Source: a virus
DNA: 16,596 nt
Direction: 5' to 3' (one strand)
UHGV virus genome: UHGV-1601287
Below, piece after piece: positions 11,580-16,596 of this stretch. Position 1 is the first letter of the stretch. Each line of letters starts with the position of its first letter. The notes beneath the pieces were generated by a model. It ran no database searches and was not told where the DNA came from. It was given only the letters and a program-made list of their open reading frames with translations. Both the position numbers and the translations under genes were made by a program.

Positions 11580-12863
11580 ATGGCTAAAATCAACGAACTT
11601 CTGCGCGAATCAACCACAACGAATAGCAACTCAATCGGTCGCCCAAATCTCGTTGCTTTGACTCGCGCTACCACTAAATTAATATATTCTGACATTGTAG
11701 CAACGCAAAGAACTAATCAACCTGTTGCTGCTTTTTATGGTATCAAATACCTTAACCCAGACAATGAATTTACATTTAAAACTGGTGCTACTTACGCTGG
11801 CGAAGCCGGATATGTAGACCGAGAACAAATCACAGAATTAACAGAAGAGTCTAAATTAACTCTCAATAAAGGCGATTTATTCAAATATAATAATATCGTT
11901 TACAAAGTATTAGAAGATACACCATTTGCTGATATTGAAGAAAGCGACTTAGAGTTAGCTCTTCAAATTGCAATCGTTCTTTTAAAGGTTCGTCTATTTT
12001 CTGACGCAGCGTCAACAAGCAAATTTGAAAGCTCTGATAGCGAAATTGCGGATGCTAGATTTCAGATTAATAAATGGCAAACCGCAGTTAAATCTCGTAA
12101 ACTTAAAACTGGTATCACAGTTGAATTAGCGCAAGATTTAGAAGCAAATGGATTCGATGCTCCTAATTTCTTGGAAGATTTGCTTGCAACTGAAATGGCA
12201 GATGAAATCAATAAAGATATTCTACAGTCTTTGATTACAGTGTCAAAACGCTATAAAGTTACAGGAATTACTGATAGTGGATTCATCGATTTGAGTTATG
12301 CATCTGCTCCTGAAGCTGGTCGTTCATTATATCGAATGGTATGTGAAATGGTTTCGCATATCCAAAAAGAATCAACTTATACAGCAACGTTCTGTGTTGC
12401 TTCAGCTCGTGCCGCTGCGATTCTTGCTGCATCAGGTTGGTTAAAACATAAACCAGAAGATGATAAATATCTTTCACAAAATGCCTATGGGTTCTTAGCT
12501 AATGGTTTACCGCTTTATTGCGATACTAACAGCCCATTAGATTATGTAATCGTTGGTGTAGTAGAAAATATCGGTGAAAAAGAAATTGTTGGGTCAATTT
12601 TCTATGCTCCGTATACAGAAGGTCTCGACTTAGATGACCCTGAACATGTAGGTGCATTTAAAGTTGTTGTTGATCCAGAAAGCTTACAACCATCTATCGG
12701 TTTATTAGTTAGATATGCTTTATCAGCAAATCCTTATACTGTAGCAAAAGATGAAAAAGAAGCAAGAATAATTGACGGTGGAGACATGGATAAAATGGCA
12801 GGTCGTTCAGATTTGTCTGTTTTATTAGGTGTTAAGCTACCAAAAATTATCATTGATGAATAA
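11580..12863 (+). CDS. 24: Capsid vertex protein gp24 (gp23 paralogue)
   Basis: 427 aa, as in T4. Late promoter at 11545-11552 and AAAGGAAAG ribosome-binding site upstream. Followed by a bidirectional terminator. Confidence 0.94.
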   Translation: MAKINELLRESTTTNSNSIGRPNLVALTRATTKLIYSDIVATQRTNQPVAAFYGIKYLNPDNEFTFKTGATYAGEAGYVDREQITELTEESKLTLNKGDLFKYNNIVYKVLEDTPFADIEESDLELALQIAIVLLKVRLFSDAASTSKFESSDSEIADARFQINKWQTAVKSRKLKTGITVELAQDLEANGFDAPNFLEDLLATEMADEINKDILQSLITVSKRYKVTGITDSGFIDLSYASAPEAGRSLYRMVCEMVSHIQKESTYTATFCVASARAAAILAASGWLKHKPEDDKYLSQNAYGFLANGLPLYCDTNSPLDYVIVGVVENIGEKEIVGSIFYAPYTEGLDLDDPEHVGAFKVVVDPESLQPSIGLLVRYALSANPYTVAKDEKEARIIDGGDMDKMAGRSDLSVLLGVKLPKIIIDE

Positions 12864-12866
12864 AAC

Positions 12867-12888
12867 AAAGGGACCGAAAGGTCCCTTT
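12867..12888. terminator. Bidirectional intrinsic terminator between convergent genes 24 and rnlB
   Basis: AAAGGGACC-GAAA-GGTCCCTTT: 9 bp stem. A-run 5' and T-run 3', so both transcript orientations see a hairpin followed by U-rich sequence. It fills the 29-nt gap between the two stop codons. Confidence 0.75.
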
Positions 12889-12892
12889 TTAT

Positions 12893-13897
12893 TTAACTCA
12901 CCAACTCAATCCAAGCTGGACGAAGTACATCTTGTACCATTTTAACTAATTCCTTCTTAATCAAAGAAGGATTATCCGCTTGAGTTAGAGTAATACCTTC
13001 ACGAGAAGTTTCTTCCAAAATATCTTGAACAGTTAACCCCATCACCTTTCCAAAATCCTTTGGACCAATTTCGCCAATTTTAGAAATAACGTTATTTACG
13101 CGGTTCAGTGTAACGTAACAAGCTAAAATTCCAACCAATTTGTTATCAGCTTCTGATAGCTCAACTTTAGCTTTAATAGGCTTATCAGACTTTTTCTTTT
13201 CACTAAATTTGGAATTCTTGCATTTGATGGCTACACGATTGCGATTAGGCAGCCAAGAAGGATAACAAGGTTTCAATACATATCCTTCAGCGGTAAATAC
13301 TTCGCCTTTTGCTTCGGCATTCCAAACGCATTTATTTGCATCAACTAATCCAGCATGGTCTACTGTAAAATTATAATCTTGGACGACAGAATCTAAATCA
13401 TTTGGCAATTTAATAAGCTCTTCAAATTTACCGCGACCTAAAAGTGGAGCCATTTTAAATTTAAACGTATTACAGAATGATTCCATCATATAATCATCGA
13501 CATAAGTCACATCACCACTTTCTGTAGTGACAATAATGTCAAATACATAAAAATCTTTATCGCCATAATCGACATTCTTCTGAATGCCAGGTCCAGCGAA
13601 TTCACCAAAGACTTGATAAGATACAACCGCTGAAGTTTCCATAATATCTTGTACTGCTTTAATGGAATCAGCGTAATTCTTTAAAATAATTTCATACCCA
13701 AAGAAATCTTCAGCGGGAAGAATCGGTCCAGTACGCTTAGCGCAAGTTACTTTATCACGCTCAATAATCAATGAGAAATTTGTGCCGTGAATCTTTTCAC
13801 GAGCTACCCACTCCCCACCAGTCAATCCCAAGCTATAAAGTTTTTCAATAAATTTAGAGTTGTAATGATTTTCAAGACTGCTATACTTTTTAAACAT
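12893..13897 (-). CDS. rnlB: RNA ligase 2 (Rnl2)
   Basis: 334 aa, the T4 Rnl2 length. Nucleotidyltransferase motif [10 protein letters not shown] near the N-terminus (the adenylylated lysine). Convergent with gene 24. Confidence 0.92.
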   Translation of the reverse strand: MFKKYSSLENHYNSKFIEKLYSLGLTGGEWVAREKIHGTNFSLIIERDKVTCAKRTGPILPAEDFFGYEIILKNYADSIKAVQDIMETSAVVSYQVFGEFAGPGIQKNVDYGDKDFYVFDIIVTTESGDVTYVDDYMMESFCNTFKFKMAPLLGRGKFEELIKLPNDLDSVVQDYNFTVDHAGLVDANKCVWNAEAKGEVFTAEGYVLKPCYPSWLPNRNRVAIKCKNSKFSEKKKSDKPIKAKVELSEADNKLVGILACYVTLNRVNNVISKIGEIGPKDFGKVMGLTVQDILEETSREGITLTQADNPSLIKKELVKMVQDVLRPAWIELVS

Positions 13898-13906
13898 AAT
13901 TAATCC

Positions 13907-14185
13907 TCAAAATGTAATTTCTAACCAATCACCATCACGCTGATCACTATTGACTTTAAAGCTAAATCCTTCTTTTCTCAGCCAATCACCAATTTCTTCA
14001 GTAATCAATTTATCACGAGCAATACAATAATAATTAAAATGTGTTTTACCTTGTTCAGCAGCTTTATTAGCAAGTTCCGAAAAATCTTTAATAAAACACT
14101 CTAGCTTAAACTGTTTACTTTTAAGTGCTTTTTCACGCAATTGATTAGCAAAAGATTCATTTTCATAAAGATCATACTGTTCCAT
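13907..14185 (-). CDS. 24.2: Conserved hypothetical protein (T4 24.2-like)
   Basis: 92-aa ORF directly upstream of rnlB on the same strand; position matches T4 gene 24.2. Function unknown. Confidence 0.7.
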   Translation of the reverse strand: MEQYDLYENESFANQLREKALKSKQFKLECFIKDFSELANKAAEQGKTHFNYYCIARDKLITEEIGDWLRKEGFSFKVNSDQRDGDWLEITF

Positions 14186-14387
14186 TTTTCACCTTTTTAT
14201 TGATATGTCTTTTTCTATAGACAACTTTTTCTCGAGTTTCAAATTTATTCTTAGCAGTCATAGCTCGAGCCCATAATACAGCCACTTCTTTTGCCTGTAA
14301 GTTTAATTCACGAGCAATTTCAATGAATGACTTTCCAGACTCATGAAGAGTAAACACCACAACCTCAGTTCTCATAATCAATCTCAT
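14172..14387 (-). CDS. 24.3: Small hypothetical protein with predicted helix-turn-helix (T4 24.3-like)
   Basis: 71-aa ORF overlapping the 24.2 start by 14 nt. HTH-like segment SGKSFIEIARELNLQAKEVAVLWARA. Start uncertain (ATG 14387 or ATG 14375). Confidence 0.6.
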   Translation of the reverse strand: MRLIMRTEVVVFTLHESGKSFIEIARELNLQAKEVAVLWARAMTAKNKFETREKVVYRKRHINKKVKNGTV

Positions 14388-14454
14388 GTTATCGAGTTGG
14401 TGCCATTATATACATCATTTTCTGATTGTGTTTTGTGTGCTTTCAAAATGAAGA

Positions 14455-14472
14455 AAGGGGCCGAAGCCCCTT
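14455..14472 (-). terminator. Terminator hairpin after hoc (minus strand)
   Basis: Minus strand reads AAGGGGC-UUCG-GCCCCUU followed by U-rich UCUUCAUUUUG, 10 nt downstream of the hoc stop. Nearly identical to the hairpin after gene 18. Confidence 0.65.
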
Positions 14473-14482
14473 ATGATTATGA

Positions 14483-15901
14483 TTATGGATAGGTATAGAT
14501 GATACCAGTTTCTAAAGCAGTTTTATGAATGATGTATCCATTACGCGATTCTTGGACATCAACTTCTGGATAGTCTTTCATCATCTTCTGAAGAGTGTAA
14601 CGATGCAGGTAGTATTTACTATCTGGATCTTCAGTTTTCCAATCTTTACCTTCTTCAGTCATTTTTTGGATTTCATCCATAACCCACCAACCGCACCAGA
14701 TGTAAGCTGAAGTACGATGTGGAAGAGGATGGACATAAGGTAATTCACCTTCTGGTTCCGGAGCAACTTTATCAGTTACCTGAACTTGACCTTCTGCTGT
14801 AATAGTTTTGCTATCATAGTCATCTGCAGTAACGACGGCAGTCACTTCAATAGTTTGACTTCCAACAGATGAAGTATCAACGGTATATACATTAGTTGAT
14901 CCTTCTACTGGAGAAGAATCTTTCTTCCATGAATAAGTAATTTGTGCCGGTTCGGGTGCACCAGTAACATTAGCTGTAAATGTAGCCGAAGCATCTTGTT
15001 GAACGTTAATAGAAGGAGGAGTCAATGTAACCTGTGGATTCATTGTCTTCTTATTAACCGTTAATGATACTTCATTAGAAGTAACTGTTTTTGCGTCATA
15101 ATCCGTTGCTGTTACTTGGGCTACGCATTTAATTATTTTTACTCCAACTGCAGTAGGAGTATAGCTAAATGTAGCGGAAGTTGCTTCACTAATTTGTGAA
15201 TCATCTACATACCACTGATACGTAGCAGATGCTCCATCAGGTTGAGAAACTAAAGCGGCTGTAAATTGAACAGCTGTTCCGATTACTCCGGCAGCAGGAT
15301 TAGCAGGAGTTACAGCTAGGGTAGTCGTTTGTGTTTTCTTGTTAACAGTCAAAGATACTTCATTCGAAGTAACTTCCTTTTCATTGTAATTTTCTGCAGT
15401 TACTTGGGCTACACACTTAATTTTTTTAACTCCGCTTGTGGCAGGAGTGTAATTGAATGTAGCGCTAGTTGCTTCGTCCACAGGAGAACCGTCAACGTAC
15501 CATTGGTATGTGGCGTTTGCGCCAGATGGCTGCGAAGCTAAAGCGGCTGTAAATTCAATAGCTGTTCCAATTACTCCAGCGTCAGGGCTATTAGGAGTTA
15601 CAGCTAAGGTGGTCGTTTGTGTCTTATTTTGAACTGTGATAGTTGTAGTAGCTTCTGCTGTTTCAGCTTCAGCTTCTGGAACTGTATTTGTTGCAACTAC
15701 TTTAATAGTCTTTTGACCGGCAGGTCCCTTTAATACGTAATTAAAAGTTGCTTCAGCTCCATCTTGTGGAACATTATCTACGCTCCAAGCATAGGTAATA
15801 GGTCCATCTCCAGTTTGACCACTGGGCGTAGCAGTAAACTGCTGAGTCTGATCTATAACTCCAGTAGGTGTTTTAGGAGTTATATCAACTGTAAAAGTCA
15901 T
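14483..15901 (-). CDS. hoc: Highly immunogenic outer capsid protein Hoc, expanded form with four Ig-like domains plus the C-terminal capsid-binding domain
   Basis: N-terminus MTFTVDITPKTPTGVID and C-terminus …YIIHKTALETGIIYTYP are recognisable as Hoc. It is 472 aa against 376 aa in T4. The extra 96 aa is a second copy of the KTQTTTLAVTP…SLTVNK domain (residues 93-188 and 189-284, ~77% identical). Confidence 0.92.
   Translation of the reverse strand: MTFTVDITPKTPTGVIDQTQQFTATPSGQTGDGPITYAWSVDNVPQDGAEATFNYVLKGPAGQKTIKVVATNTVPEAEAETAEATTTITVQNKTQTTTLAVTPNSPDAGVIGTAIEFTAALASQPSGANATYQWYVDGSPVDEATSATFNYTPATSGVKKIKCVAQVTAENYNEKEVTSNEVSLTVNKKTQTTTLAVTPANPAAGVIGTAVQFTAALVSQPDGASATYQWYVDDSQISEATSATFSYTPTAVGVKIIKCVAQVTATDYDAKTVTSNEVSLTVNKKTMNPQVTLTPPSINVQQDASATFTANVTGAPEPAQITYSWKKDSSPVEGSTNVYTVDTSSVGSQTIEVTAVVTADDYDSKTITAEGQVQVTDKVAPEPEGELPYVHPLPHRTSAYIWCGWWVMDEIQKMTEEGKDWKTEDPDSKYYLHRYTLQKMMKDYPEVDVQESRNGYIIHKTALETGIIYTYP
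15050..15625 (-). repeat. In-frame tandem duplication (2 x 288 bp) inside hoc encoding two Ig-like domains
   Basis: Unit 1 at 15338-15625 (Hoc residues 93-188) and unit 2 at 15050-15337 (residues 189-284). Both begin KTQTTTLAVTP and end SNEVSLTVNK. About 77% amino-acid identity, and the DNA is visibly alignable. Confidence 0.85.
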
Positions 15902-15910
15902 AAGTTATCC

Positions 15911-16591
15911 TTATTTTAATGTTACGAAAGAAGAATTGCGTGTTTCACGAATTAAAACTGATCCATCGCGATTAATGTAATAAATTAAGCTAAATAAAGT
16001 TTGGTGTGCTGACGCATGTTCAAAACTAGTTGGGTGAGATTTCCAATCCGGAGTTTCAGCAATCCATTGATAAATCCACCAAGGAACAGTACAGAATCCT
16101 GGATTTTTTCCAATCAGCTGAAGATTCGGACTAAAGTTTTCTGGAAGAGTAAATACAGACGGCTTTTCAGATTCAATAATCTCAGCTACAGCCTGTTCAA
16201 ATTTTTCTTCAACAAAAGGCGTATCTTCAATCAAAACATCGGTATTTTCAGGAATTTTATCCGTTTCTACTACTTCAATTTTAATGTCAGATTTAACTGG
16301 AGAATCAATCAGAAGTGCTGCTTCTGGATTGACTTCTTCATCGTCATATTTTAATCCCTCTGCGGCATCAGCAGCATCAATTAAGTCTTTAATAGATAAC
16401 CCATCAGTCTCTGGCATAGGTTCACTAGCGAGCTTCTGGAGGGCTTCTTCAATATCAACAACGATATTATCAAAAGATTTATTCTTTTTGACCTTTATAC
16501 CAAACTGTTCAGCATATTCAGCTAATTTAGCTTTAGCTTCTTTGTTATCATCAAGAGCCTTCAGCTCTGCAATATAATCTTTATCTATCAT
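15911..16591 (-). CDS. inh: Inhibitor of prohead protease (Inh)
   Basis: 226 aa, as in T4. Directly upstream of hoc on the same strand. N-terminus MIDKDYIAELKALDDNKEAKAKLAEYAEQFGIK. Confidence 0.88.
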   Translation of the reverse strand: MIDKDYIAELKALDDNKEAKAKLAEYAEQFGIKVKKNKSFDNIVVDIEEALQKLASEPMPETDGLSIKDLIDAADAAEGLKYDDEEVNPEAALLIDSPVKSDIKIEVVETDKIPENTDVLIEDTPFVEEKFEQAVAEIIESEKPSVFTLPENFSPNLQLIGKNPGFCTVPWWIYQWIAETPDWKSHPTSFEHASAHQTLFSLIYYINRDGSVLIRETRNSSFVTLK

Positions 16592-16596
16592 AATAT

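Noticed and set aside
12283-12477. Minus-strand 64-aa ORF inside gene 24
   Set aside because: Embedded antisense ORF with no independent support.
14525-14710. Plus-strand 61-aa ORF inside hoc
   Set aside because: Antisense to hoc on the opposite strand; no start context.
15329-15541. Plus-strand 70-aa ORF inside hoc
   Set aside because: Antisense to the hoc Ig-domain repeats and begins at a TTG.
16016-16577. Two plus-strand ORFs (112 and 97 aa) inside inh
   Set aside because: Both are antisense to inh, low-complexity, and lack start context.

Overview
This window is the late structural and DNA-packaging module of a T4-like (T-even, Tequatrovirus-type) bacteriophage, not a bacterial chromosome. 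Gene order and protein lengths match T4 almost exactly: 15 (5' partial), 16, 17, 18, 19, 20, 67, 68, 21, 22, 23 and 24 on the + strand, then rnlB, 24.2, 24.3, hoc and inh on the - strand. Three things depart from the T4 layout as I recall it: (1) a roughly 200-aa HNH-family endonuclease ORF sits between tail sheath gene 18 and tail tube gene 19, bracketed by GC-rich tetraloop hairpins; (2) hoc encodes 472 aa rather than T4's 376, because of an in-frame tandem duplication of one 288-bp Ig-like domain unit; (3) the 23-24 interval is only 83 bp, so the segD homing-endonuclease gene found there in T4 is absent. The rest is classic T4 late-gene architecture: TATAAATA late promoters, a family of related hairpin terminators, and TAATG stop/start overlaps. 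All identifications rest on reading the supplied translations and motifs; no database search was run. I see no evidence of a wholly new multi-gene system; the endonuclease cassette and the Hoc domain expansion are the most interesting items.
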